The notes under the pieces: model-generated
Told to the model about the DNA's origin: nothing
The model's input: the letters and a program-made list of their open reading frames with translations, nothing else
Databases searched by the model: none
Shown here: one piece after another, positions 9,941-19,249 of the stretch
Numbering within the stretch: position 1 is the first letter of the stretch
Layout of the letters: every line of letters begins with the position of its first letter
Program-made: the position numbers and the translations under genes
Source: Gammaproteobacteria bacterium
Lineage (GTDB): Bacteria; Pseudomonadota; Gammaproteobacteria; GCA-001735895
Assembly (NCBI GenBank): GCA_050298595.1
Contig: JBNKUM010000063.1
Span: 1 to 39,465, forward strand
Reading direction: 5' to 3'
Length of the DNA stretch: 39,465 nucleotides

Positions 9941-11692
9941 ATGTTATGTAGACTGAAAGAGTTATTTATCCTCAATCGATTGCAGCGCAAGATATTGCTC
10001 CTGGTGCTGGCGATTGTTCTTCTACCCATGATCATAACCGGCCTGCTGTCTGCTTCCTGGATCACGGCACGTATGGATGAATCGACAGAACACTGGATTC
10101 GAGGGGCTGCACAGGTGAATAGCAACTGGCTCAACACACTCAATAACAATGCGAGCTTATTTGCTGATTTGTACGATAACCTGGCGCATCAGCATCCTGA
10201 TTTTATTGCCAACAAGTCTCCCATCCCCAGTCAGTTAGAACCGCTAGCAGCGGAACTCGGCATTAATCTGGTACAGGTGTTTGATGACCGAGGCCAACAG
10301 ATATACTCATCGCCTCAGGTCAACCTGGATACCTCGTGGAATCCAGGCCAGAACAAGGCTGTTCTGAAAGTATCGCAAGGGGATAAGAACCTGCTCGCAG
10401 CGGTGACAATATTGCGTTATCCAAAGAATCAGAAGCTGCACTATCGTGTGGTTTTCGGCACCTTATTCGATAAGCAGCTACTCGCCCGACTGAGCAGTAT
10501 GAGCGGACTTAAAACCCGTTTGTTCTATCCACGTAACGGAGATTTCGCGAACGCTTTTTCAGAAGAAACGCGCCCACTCAAGCTACGTCTGCCAGGCCCA
10601 GCTTATGAGCAGTTACAGCAACAGCAGGATTATTACAGCACTCAGGCTGAAGATGGTAACTATCGAGGCCTGTACACACCGATCGCTGACTCCAACGGTC
10701 ATGTTGAAGCAATCCTGTTTAGTGGCCTGGCACATCGCGGCGCAGATGATATTTTAACCGACAAAGCTACTCTCACTCTCGGTGTAACACTACTGGGCAG
10801 CTTGCTGGCTGGTATCATCGGGCTGGTGCTGTCGCATGTGGTAGTGCGTCCCGTAACCTATCTACGTGAGGCGGTAATGAAGATCGCAGCGCAGGATTTT
10901 CGCACCAGCCTGCCAATACACTGGCGTGATGAAATTGGTGATCTGATACAGGCTTTTAACAGCATGGTAGAAAAACTGCGTGAAAGCCGTGATGAGCAAA
11001 AACGAGAGTTTCATCGCGATAAAATTGCTTCTCTGGGTGAACTGTCACTGGCAATGGCTCACGAGTTACGCAATCCAATCGGCGTTATCAATACCGCATC
11101 CAAGCTGTTAGAAAAAAATGAATCTCCGACCAGGCGTCTCGAGTTACAGCGCATGATCCACGAAGAATGTCAGCGTCTTGATCAGTTCCTAAAGGATTTT
11201 CAACAACTGTCTCGTCATCGCAAACCACAGTTCAGTTTAATAGACCCTATGCTGCCGCTGCAAAAAGCACTACAGGTAATGCTGGCCGGTAACGATGATG
11301 TAACGGTAGAGCATCACTGCACGCATGGCCCTGAGTGTATTCGTGCCGATGCAGACTTGCTACAACAGGCCTGGGTCAACCTGGTGCGCAATGCGCTTGA
11401 AGCTATGGATGGTCGTGGAAAGCTGATTGCCGGCTGCTCGCTGGAAGGCAAAGAGATCGTGGTTTACCTGCAGGATAGTGGCCCCGGTATACCTTTAAAA
11501 CTTATGACCCGCCTGTTCGAACCCTTTTATACCACCAAACAGGAAGGCACCGGGCTCGGTCTGACCCTGGCCAATACTCTGGTTATCGCAAGCGGTGCCT
11601 CACTAGAGCTGGTTCCCAATATTAAAAAAGGTGCACGCTTTGCGATGCGCTTTACACGCATGGAGGAAGATGAATGCAACGAACCGTCCTGA
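9941..11692 (+). CDS. Membrane sensor histidine kinase (periplasmic sensor, HAMP, HisKA, HATPase)
   Basis: Two TM segments, HAMP (RDEIGDL), H-box MAHELRNP, N-box NLVRNA, DSGPGIP and GTGLGL. Confidence 0.95.
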   Translation: MLCRLKELFILNRLQRKILLLVLAIVLLPMIITGLLSASWITARMDESTEHWIRGAAQVNSNWLNTLNNNASLFADLYDNLAHQHPDFIANKSPIPSQLEPLAAELGINLVQVFDDRGQQIYSSPQVNLDTSWNPGQNKAVLKVSQGDKNLLAAVTILRYPKNQKLHYRVVFGTLFDKQLLARLSSMSGLKTRLFYPRNGDFANAFSEETRPLKLRLPGPAYEQLQQQQDYYSTQAEDGNYRGLYTPIADSNGHVEAILFSGLAHRGADDILTDKATLTLGVTLLGSLLAGIIGLVLSHVVVRPVTYLREAVMKIAAQDFRTSLPIHWRDEIGDLIQAFNSMVEKLRESRDEQKREFHRDKIASLGELSLAMAHELRNPIGVINTASKLLEKNESPTRRLELQRMIHEECQRLDQFLKDFQQLSRHRKPQFSLIDPMLPLQKALQVMLAGNDDVTVEHHCTHGPECIRADADLLQQAWVNLVRNALEAMDGRGKLIAGCSLEGKEIVVYLQDSGPGIPLKLMTRLFEPFYTTKQEGTGLGLTLANTLVIASGASLELVPNIKKGARFAMRFTRMEEDECNEPS

Positions 11693-13068
11693 TAGTTGAT
11701 GATGAGCGCAATATGCGCATGGTCATGCAAATGGCCCTGGAAGAAGCGGGATATCAGGTACTGACCTCGGAAAGTGCCGATGCAGCAATGCCAATTCTGA
11801 AAGAACCTGATCTGGATGTTGTGCTGTCGGATCTTAAAATGCCGGGCATGTCAGGCAAGGAGTTTATCGCACGTTGTCAGCAGATTCGTCCTGATGTACC
11901 GGTGATAGTAGTCACCGCTTTTGGCAGTATCCGTTCCGCTATCGAATGCATTCATGCTGGTGCCAGTGACTATGTGACTAAACCCTTCGAGCCGGAAGAG
12001 TTGCAGTTTGCCGTGCAAAGCGCTTTACGCCTGCATGACTTAATGCAACAAAACCGCCAGCTACAGGCCGCAGTCAACGACGGTAGCCAACGACACAGAT
12101 TGGTAGGTGACAGCCCAGTGATGCTGGAACTGCGCGATAAGATACATCGTGTTGCCCCCTATAAGACCAACGTACTCATCACAGGAGAAAGTGGTACCGG
12201 TAAAGAAGCTGTGGCTCGCTCGATTCACGAATATGGACCGCGTGCTGACAAGCCCTGGGTTGCCATCAACTGTTCTGCGATCCCGCATGAGTTAATGGAA
12301 AGCGAATTATTTGGTTATGTGCGCGGGGCTTTTACCGGCGCGGTGCAAAACCGTCTGGGACGACTGGAACAGGCCAATGGCGGCACGCTTTTTCTGGATG
12401 AAGTCGGCGATCTCGATCTCGCCCTACAGGCCAAGTTATTACGTGTATTACAGGAGCGCGAATTCTCTCCGGTTGGTAGCGATGTATTACGTCGTGTCGA
12501 TTTACGGGTAATCGCCGCGACCCATAGAGACCTGGATAAAATGGTCAAACAGGGCCGCTTCCGTGAAGATTTACTCTACCGACTGGATGTTTACAAAATA
12601 TATGTACCACCGTTACGCGAACGCAATAACGACATTGTTTTACTGACTCAAAATTTCCTGGAAAACCTGCGCGCTGAAATGGACAAACCGGTAGAACGTT
12701 TTAGTGATAAAGCCTTACACGCGCTATGCAATTACGACTGGCCGGGTAATGTGCGTGAACTGAGAAATGCGGTAGAGCGTTCATTACTTTCCTGTAATGG
12801 AATGGTTATTGAACTCAACGACTTACCTGACAAGGTAAAAAAATCAGAGCACCCAGATAAACCACAAAATAACGAACTCGATCAGGTCATACAACAGGGC
12901 CTGGATAACTGGCTAATGGATAATGAACGCAAAATGATTATTGCAGCGCTTAAGGAAACCGATGGCGTACAGGTTCAGGCAGCAAAACTACTGGGCATTG
13001 CGCAACGTAGCCTGTGGCATCGAATTAAAAAGCTCGCTATTCGTGTTGATCGAACCGTGCGGGAATAA
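11674..13068 (+). CDS. Sigma-54-dependent response regulator (NtrC/AtoC family)
   Basis: Receiver domain (IVDDE, DLKMP, KPF), GESGTGKE, GAFTGA, FLDEVG, WPGNVRELRN and a Fis-type HTH; overlaps the kinase stop. Confidence 0.96.
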   Translation: MQRTVLIVDDERNMRMVMQMALEEAGYQVLTSESADAAMPILKEPDLDVVLSDLKMPGMSGKEFIARCQQIRPDVPVIVVTAFGSIRSAIECIHAGASDYVTKPFEPEELQFAVQSALRLHDLMQQNRQLQAAVNDGSQRHRLVGDSPVMLELRDKIHRVAPYKTNVLITGESGTGKEAVARSIHEYGPRADKPWVAINCSAIPHELMESELFGYVRGAFTGAVQNRLGRLEQANGGTLFLDEVGDLDLALQAKLLRVLQEREFSPVGSDVLRRVDLRVIAATHRDLDKMVKQGRFREDLLYRLDVYKIYVPPLRERNNDIVLLTQNFLENLRAEMDKPVERFSDKALHALCNYDWPGNVRELRNAVERSLLSCNGMVIELNDLPDKVKKSEHPDKPQNNELDQVIQQGLDNWLMDNERKMIIAALKETDGVQVQAAKLLGIAQRSLWHRIKKLAIRVDRTVRE

Positions 13069-13185
13069 ATCAGGCAATTTACAATCGCCTTAATATTTTT
13101 CAGTTGATGATTCACCTGACAAAATCAGTCGATAGGGTTTAACTATTCAGCCCTGCTTTTCGGCATCAAATTTGTGCATTAACAG

Positions 13186-13293
13186 GCGGATAGCATATGG
13201 TATCCGCCCCATCAGCAATTGCTAGAGGCCGGTGTCATCTATCAGATGACGGATGATTAATGGCTCTGCCAACAGCTTATTTCATAAAGAGCT
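13186..13293 (+). repeat. Diverged direct repeat, copy 2 (partner at 5264-5400)
   Basis: GCGGATAGCATATGGTATCCGCCCCATCAGCAATTGCTAGAGGCCGGTGTCATCTATCAGATGACGGATGATTAATGGCTCTGCCAACAGCTTATTTCATAAA. Confidence 0.9.
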
Positions 13294-14293
13294 GAACAAA
13301 TACCTTAAATATCTCTGCGTCAAAATTAAGCAGCATTTCATTTTTCATTAAGCGGAGGGCATCAAAAGAGCTAATGGCTTTTTTGTAAACACGGTTGGTA
13401 GTCAAGGCATCAAATACATCAGCAATAGCACAGATACGAGCATACTCATGAATGTCTCGCGCTTTTAATCCATTAGGATAACCTGTGCCATCGTAATTTT
13501 CATGATGCTGTAATACGATGATTTTGGATTCTTCTTTTAAGGCATTCGCGTCCTTGAGTATCTTATACCCCATATAAGGATGGGTTTTTATATGCTGCCA
13601 TTCGATGTCCTGTAGTTTTTCGGCTTTATAAAGCACCTCAGGCTCAATCGCTGTTTTACCGATATCATGTAGAAAAAAACCAGCCGCAAGCTCCTGAAGA
13701 TCATGCGCATCGGATTTACTGTATAACTTTTTAGCAAGAAGCGTGGCATAAAACCCAACATTGACCGAATGCGAATAGGTTTGATAGTCATGCGCGGTTA
13801 ATTTAAGCATGTGATTGGCAGTATCTGACTCATTCATCGCCATGTCTGCAATCTTATAAATAGCTTTCCTGGCATTCCTGATATTAGATTCATTAGGGAA
13901 CACCAACAACTGCTCCATCATATCTATGGAGGCTTTGTAGGTCAGTATTGCCTTGTTTTCTGGCTCCAGTTTCCCATCATCCAGAACGGTTCTCAGATCA
14001 GCAGTTTTTATATATTCTGAATCCCATACCTTCTTCGGTTGAGGTATAACAGGTTCAGGGATATCTCGTATGATGTTAGCTTTTACAGGCTTGATTTCTA
14101 TGGAGGGTTTTACCGTACTCTTTTCCAGATTTACGATAACTTCCTTGAAGTTCTGTTTACGCAGCTCTTCAAGTACAGATTCCGAGTTGATCATGAATTC
14201 ATTTTTCAAAAAATCATGAGATAACCAGTTACCAGGTAATTCAATATACATGCCTGGAGACAGCTTATCTATGGAGACCTTCTTTTTCGTCAT
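13277..14293 (-). CDS. HD-GYP domain protein (probable c-di-GMP phosphodiesterase) with a DUF3391-like N-terminus
   Basis: HSVNV, LHDIGK, HHENYDGTGYP and IADVFDALT..R.YK; N-terminal KKVSIDKLSPGMYI. Confidence 0.92.
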   Translation of the reverse strand: MTKKKVSIDKLSPGMYIELPGNWLSHDFLKNEFMINSESVLEELRKQNFKEVIVNLEKSTVKPSIEIKPVKANIIRDIPEPVIPQPKKVWDSEYIKTADLRTVLDDGKLEPENKAILTYKASIDMMEQLLVFPNESNIRNARKAIYKIADMAMNESDTANHMLKLTAHDYQTYSHSVNVGFYATLLAKKLYSKSDAHDLQELAAGFFLHDIGKTAIEPEVLYKAEKLQDIEWQHIKTHPYMGYKILKDANALKEESKIIVLQHHENYDGTGYPNGLKARDIHEYARICAIADVFDALTTNRVYKKAISSFDALRLMKNEMLLNFDAEIFKVFVQLFMK

Positions 14294-14389
14294 GCTTAAT
14301 GACTCTAAGTTTTTAGTTGCTACTGATCAACCCAGCGTATCAATTTTATACTGCTTCACTCAGGCCTCTAAATTAAGGCCTTCGCCTAC

Positions 14390-14416
14390 TTATCGGCAAC
14401 AACCAGTAATAATAAA
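14390..14416 (-). promoter_or_regulatory. Possible sigma-28 (FliA) promoter for the HD-GYP gene
   Basis: Minus strand TTTA-N15-GCCGATAA: perfect -10 element, imperfect -35 (consensus TAAA). Confidence 0.4.
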
Positions 14417-14558
14417 GTCTGATTTTAGCTTAAAGTTTAAGACACTTCTGATCTGTATGTTAGTTATGTCTCTGCGAAACCTGAAGCATACAGATTCAAA
14501 GCGAGTTTCGCAGATTATAGTGCCCCCTTTTCAAGGAGAGGAGAGAAGAGAAAAGCTA

Positions 14559-15500
14559 TTATTGTGAGGCAATATAAGCCATTGCAAAAGCCCCCGGGCC
14601 AACATTGATCCCTGCGGTAGTGCTCATCACGGAAAGCGTGGTTTGCAAACCTGCCTTTTTGGCATAGTCACAGAATGACTGGTAATCCTCTAACTTTCGA
14701 ATAACATTTGGATCACCGGCATAACTCATTGCAATTGAGTTAGTGAGTAATCCTCGATTAATAGCCTGTGTTGCTCGACTGAACAGTTTACTCAAGGTTT
14801 GTTCAAACCCCCTATGTTTAGCTATCGGCACAGTTTCTCCGCGGTTCACCTGAATGATCGGTTTAACATCGACCAGGGTTCCAACCTTGCTAGATAACCA
14901 GCTCACTGATCGATCACCCTTGGTGCTGGCGACCTTATACAGATAGGAGAGATCATTAGGTACAAGGTAGCCATACACGAACTCACTCAATCTTTCTATG
15001 GATGGTCTGAGTTGATCAAATGGTACACCCGACTCGATAAGTTGCACGGCTTCCTGAACCAGCACCGCCTGACCGGTAAATAAGGTTCGACTATCCATCA
15101 CCATCAATGTAAATGCCGTATTAATCCCCGCCTGACGGCGAAGCTCGCGGCAATCACTGCGAATCTTAAAAGAGGCTTTAGTGGTATTTTCAAAGATTTT
15201 GCTACGACTCTGGGAAATTGTTATCACCAGCAGCAGATCATAATCCAGCACCCAGTGTTCTAGAAATAATCTGGCAACTTCATCTGCACTCAGTGGAATA
15301 GTCTCTGCTTTGGTATCCTTTTCTACACTGTAGAGTTGGTAAAAATCCTTGGTTTGAATAGGGTCTCTAATATCGAGACTATGTTTATCACCGAATCTGA
15401 GTCCGATAGGCAGCGTTAGAATATTATGTTGCTCCCTATAACTCAGCGGCAGATCGCATGCTGAATCAGTTACGATTCCAATCCTCATAGGTGTCTCCAA
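14559..15500 (-). CDS. DegV/FakB-family fatty-acid-binding protein
   Basis: IVTDSACDLP, DSRTLFTGQ, DVKPII and GINVGPGA. Confidence 0.9.
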   Translation of the reverse strand: METPMRIGIVTDSACDLPLSYREQHNILTLPIGLRFGDKHSLDIRDPIQTKDFYQLYSVEKDTKAETIPLSADEVARLFLEHWVLDYDLLLVITISQSRSKIFENTTKASFKIRSDCRELRRQAGINTAFTLMVMDSRTLFTGQAVLVQEAVQLIESGVPFDQLRPSIERLSEFVYGYLVPNDLSYLYKVASTKGDRSVSWLSSKVGTLVDVKPIIQVNRGETVPIAKHRGFEQTLSKLFSRATQAINRGLLTNSIAMSYAGDPNVIRKLEDYQSFCDYAKKAGLQTTLSVMSTTAGINVGPGAFAMAYIASQ

Positions 15501-15658
15501 AATGCAATTAAGACGATATTCTTATAATTTTATACAAACTATACAGGTTCAGTTGTAATTCGCAACTAGATGAGATGCGAAATAGAAGCTCTAACTCACC
15601 TGTTACTGGTCACACTAATTCCTGAGTGCAACATATCCCTGAACCTGTTTTCTCAGAC

Positions 15659-16522
15659 TTAATCTTCTAACTTGATTTGGAAAGTTGCTTCTATCGAACC
15701 TGTCATTATCGGACCATCCCACTCGCGTGCACCACGAATTTTTTCTAATACACGCCCCTGATCATCGACAAGAATAGTCAGCGGAATCGCATTGGCACCC
15801 AACATTTTTTCCAGTAATAGTTTATGGTCGATAAAATTTTCAAACTTGATTTTTGATTGCTTTATGGCTGATATCGCATCATTACGATAGTCATCTGTAG
15901 ATATGCCGATAATATTAAAGTCTTTACCGTTATATTTATCCGAAAGTCGCTGTAGTGAACCCATCTCAGCACGACAGGGGCCACACCAGCTAGCCCATAC
16001 ATTAATAATCAACGGCTTCCCCTGATAGTCAGATAGCTTTTTCTGTTCACCCTGAAGCCCATCCATGACCGCTTCGCGTAGATTTTCTCCGACCTTAACC
16101 TCTCTGGTACTAGCCAGTAATTTCGATACAGCAGGAGCAATTGATTGTTTTTTATTAATTTGCTCAATGAGCTTATCGGTAGTCAATTCCGCCTCATCGG
16201 CATCAAACTGTTTTACAAAATAGATTAGCGAAAAATCACGATTCAGGTTTTTACTATGATAGTTTTTCATAGCCATATTTGCTTCAAATGACACACGATC
16301 ACCTTTATTAATAGCCATCGCACCTACAGCCGCTGCCCACACCTTCCCTTCAGTAGTGGCCACTTCAACATAGGTAAATCCTGTAGTAGAAATCACATCC
16401 GTTACCTTACCTGCAAGAATGTGATGATTCTGAGCATGGGCAGCGCTCAAAAACCCCGCACTAAGTAAGGCTAATAAAAAACAGATCTTTAGAGGTAGTG
16501 AAAAGATTTTTCGATAGTTCAT
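15659..16522 (-). CDS. Exported TlpA-family thiol-disulfide oxidoreductase fused to an N-terminal NrfJ-like domain
   Basis: Signal peptide; N-domain GKV...GFTYVEV...VWAA...M.NYHSK.LNRDF..IYFV; thioredoxin fold INVWASWCGPC...IPLT. Confidence 0.8.
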   Translation of the reverse strand: MNYRKIFSLPLKICFLLALLSAGFLSAAHAQNHHILAGKVTDVISTTGFTYVEVATTEGKVWAAAVGAMAINKGDRVSFEANMAMKNYHSKNLNRDFSLIYFVKQFDADEAELTTDKLIEQINKKQSIAPAVSKLLASTREVKVGENLREAVMDGLQGEQKKLSDYQGKPLIINVWASWCGPCRAEMGSLQRLSDKYNGKDFNIIGISTDDYRNDAISAIKQSKIKFENFIDHKLLLEKMLGANAIPLTILVDDQGRVLEKIRGAREWDGPIMTGSIEATFQIKLED

Positions 16523-16540
16523 AGAATAATTACTCGCAGT

Positions 16541-17404
16541 TTAATCATTATCTGGACAGATGGTTTGATAAATGGATGAATAGTCCATCAATGCAAACCC
16601 TTCTTCGACAGTATCGTGTGTAATTTGTTCAACCCCTTCCAGCGCAACGGTATTTAAACCTGCGGCTTTGGCATCATCAATAAATAAGCGGATGTCCTTC
16701 AGCAAATGCCGTGTTGAGAAATTAGCTGTGCCAAAGTCACGGCTTAGATATTTTTCCAGCTTTTTATCGTAGGTCTTCGCGTACAAAGCGCTTTCTCGAA
16801 CAACTTCCATAAACAGATCGCTATCAACACCGTTTTTCAATGCATATCCCAAACTCAATGAAAACCCGGCCGTTAATGAGGCAATCAACTGGTTCATAGA
16901 AAGTTTTAAAGCTGCAGCTGATCCTGTCTCACCAATATATCTGGGTTTTTTGCCTAATACCCGCAAAACAGGCAGGGACTTTTCAAAGATCTTATTCAAG
17001 CCTGCAACCATGATGATTAGCGTTCCAGTTTTCGCCTCAGGAATACTACCGAGTACCGGGGCTTCCAGATAGTGGCCACCACATGATTCCACTTCCCTGC
17101 TTATCTGTAGGGATTGACTCGGAGAAATAGTAGCCATCTGTAAGATGGTCTTGCCCAGAAGATCTGATGGTTTATCAAGAGGCAACAGGTCATGGATAGC
17201 ATCAGCATTACTAAGCATCAGAATAATTGTACTGGATAAACTGATCAGTTCATCCACCGTGTCGCAAACAATAACGCCAGTTTGCTCCAAATCCTTTATG
17301 TTTTCAGGACTTCGATTAAAAACCCTGACGCTATAGCCCTGTGACAGAAACCGTTGCACGAAGGCATGCCCCATCAAGCCTATACCTAGAATACCTATTT
17401 CCAT
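16541..17404 (-). CDS. NAD(P)-dependent beta-hydroxyacid dehydrogenase (3-hydroxyisobutyrate dehydrogenase family)
   Basis: GILGIGLMG Rossmann motif, EAPVLGS, catalytic LKLSMN and LLKD. Confidence 0.9.
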   Translation of the reverse strand: MEIGILGIGLMGHAFVQRFLSQGYSVRVFNRSPENIKDLEQTGVIVCDTVDELISLSSTIILMLSNADAIHDLLPLDKPSDLLGKTILQMATISPSQSLQISREVESCGGHYLEAPVLGSIPEAKTGTLIIMVAGLNKIFEKSLPVLRVLGKKPRYIGETGSAAALKLSMNQLIASLTAGFSLSLGYALKNGVDSDLFMEVVRESALYAKTYDKKLEKYLSRDFGTANFSTRHLLKDIRLFIDDAKAAGLNTVALEGVEQITHDTVEEGFALMDYSSIYQTICPDND

Positions 17405-17476
17405 ATTTTTGCCTTAAGTCGAGAAAAAAGATTTGATTCTAATGGATTTCCAGCAAAGCCCAGAGCTATTTATTAT

Positions 17477-18448
17477 TTACAAAGTTATCACAGCATTGCC
17501 CACTTTATGTCCTGTATCGACATACCTATGTGCATCTACCACCTGCTCAAACGAATAACGCTTACCTATAACTGGCTTTAATATCCCGGACTCTGTAAGT
17601 TTTTTCAGCAGACTCAGATCGCTGGATTTCTCATCGGATGAACGCAATCCTGTAAATGAAATTCGCGCTTTTTTACTCTGAGATTTTGCTGTTCTTAATG
17701 CATAGAAAAAAATACCCCAGCTTGCTAGAGTACTCATATAAACCCCTGTTTGCGTTAAGGATTCTTTACTCTGTAAAAAAGAGCTTTTGCCCACCACATC
17801 AAAAATCACATCATAGGCCTCTGCATTTTTTGAAAAATCCTGCCGAGTGTAATCAATGACTTCATCCGCACCCAGAGATTTGACCAGTTTCATATTTGCC
17901 GAGCTACAGACTCCGATCACATGCGCACCAAAATATTTAGCCAACTGAACTGCAGCAACACCTACTGATCTCGATGCGCCATTGATAAGTACTTTTTGCC
18001 CTGGTTGAAGCTTTGCAACATCCCTGAGAAATGGTAATGCTATTAAGCCACCTTCACAGATGGCAGTAGCCTCCTGATAATCAACATTGTCAGGTTTGAT
18101 TGCGAGTGCACCGTCTTCGGGTAGGCAGATATATTCAGCATGGGCAGCAAATTCAACACCACTGGCAGCATAGACCTGGTCCCCTGTTTTAAATCGAGTA
18201 ACCTGCTTACCGGTCTGCTCGATAAATCCCGAGAACTCTGTCCCCAGTATGGTCTTTTTCGGTCTTGTTAAACCAAAGACTAATCGAACTATCCACTGAT
18301 CGCTTTTACGCAAAGCGCTATCAGTCGATGATACGGATGCCGCCATAACTTTTATCAGCACCTCATTCTCTTTAGGTACTGGTTTTGCAACCTCCTGTAT
18401 CTGCAGAATATCGGGTGAGCCGTATTGTGAATAAACAACTGCCTTCAT
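17477..18448 (-). CDS. MDR-family NAD(P)-dependent oxidoreductase (quinone reductase/alcohol dehydrogenase-like)
   Basis: MKAVV..QYG.PD start with a GGAAGGAG RBS, so the ATG at 18448 is preferred over 18478. Also LGADEVIDY and G.KVGN. The nucleotide-binding motif reads GASRSVG. Confidence 0.85.
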   Translation of the reverse strand: MKAVVYSQYGSPDILQIQEVAKPVPKENEVLIKVMAASVSSTDSALRKSDQWIVRLVFGLTRPKKTILGTEFSGFIEQTGKQVTRFKTGDQVYAASGVEFAAHAEYICLPEDGALAIKPDNVDYQEATAICEGGLIALPFLRDVAKLQPGQKVLINGASRSVGVAAVQLAKYFGAHVIGVCSSANMKLVKSLGADEVIDYTRQDFSKNAEAYDVIFDVVGKSSFLQSKESLTQTGVYMSTLASWGIFFYALRTAKSQSKKARISFTGLRSSDEKSSDLSLLKKLTESGILKPVIGKRYSFEQVVDAHRYVDTGHKVGNAVITL

Positions 18449-18549
18449 CGTCTCCTTCCCCTCAGTTTTTAGATTCAATATCGCAATGTCATACTATACA
18501 ATTCAGAATAGGTATTGACCAATATTGCACTTAAGTCATGCATTTTTAT

Positions 18550-19135
18550 ATGGGCTGGCGATCAGTAAAATTTGACTGGAACCGCGCACGTGCTTTTCTC
18601 GTCACTGCCGAGGAAGGCTCGTTATCAGCAGCCGCACGTGCGCCAGGTATGACACAACCGACATTAGGTCGACAGGTTACGGCTCTAGAACAGGAACTGG
18701 GCGTAGTGTTGTTTGAACGTGTCGGCCAGGGGCTGGTACTCACACCCGGTGGACTTGAGTTGCTTGAACATGTTCGAGCTATGCGGGATGCGGCTAATCA
18801 ACTTTCGTTGACGACCTCCGGGCAATCACAGGTAATCGAAGGCTCCATCTGTATCAGTGCCAGTGAAGTTCACGCAACATTTCTATTGCCCCCTATAATC
18901 GCAAAACCAGATTATACAGTGGGAGCTGGTCAAACTCGATTCAGGCATTGGCATCATGCAAGCCGATATCGGGAACAAAGAGCCACTGGTTGAACTCGTG
19001 TACCCCGACCTTGAGCCAATCACTTTTCCAATCTGTCTCACAACACATCGAGAATTAAATACTAACAGGCGGGTTAGAATGGTGTTTGACCTACTCGCTA
19101 CTGAAATCGCAGTAACAATCAATAGTAAAAATTAA
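18550..19135 (+). pseudogene. LysR-family regulator pseudogene (internal deletion and frameshift)
   Basis: HTH FDWNRARAFLVTAEEGSLSAAAR..TQPTLGRQV. After ~18905 the LysR C-terminus (QWELVK..GIGIM...THRELNTNRRVRMVFDLLA) continues in another frame. The total is ~195 codons versus ~300 for a typical LysR. Confidence 0.88.
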
Positions 19136-19249
19136 CTCACCTCTAGAGTTTCCACAGTCAAGATACTGGCTGTTAAATCAAATTTGGCTTAAACTGGTCA
19201 TCTTTACACTCCAGGGTTGTCAGGAAGCTAAATACAAGCAGGGAAAAAC

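Noticed and set aside
14294-14558. c-di-GMP riboswitch upstream of the HD-GYP gene, and the 14250-14567 ORF
   Set aside because: A hairpin is present (TCTGCGAAAC/GTTTCGCAGA) but GEMM consensus elements are absent. The ORF is antisense to both flanking genes and has no recognisable features.
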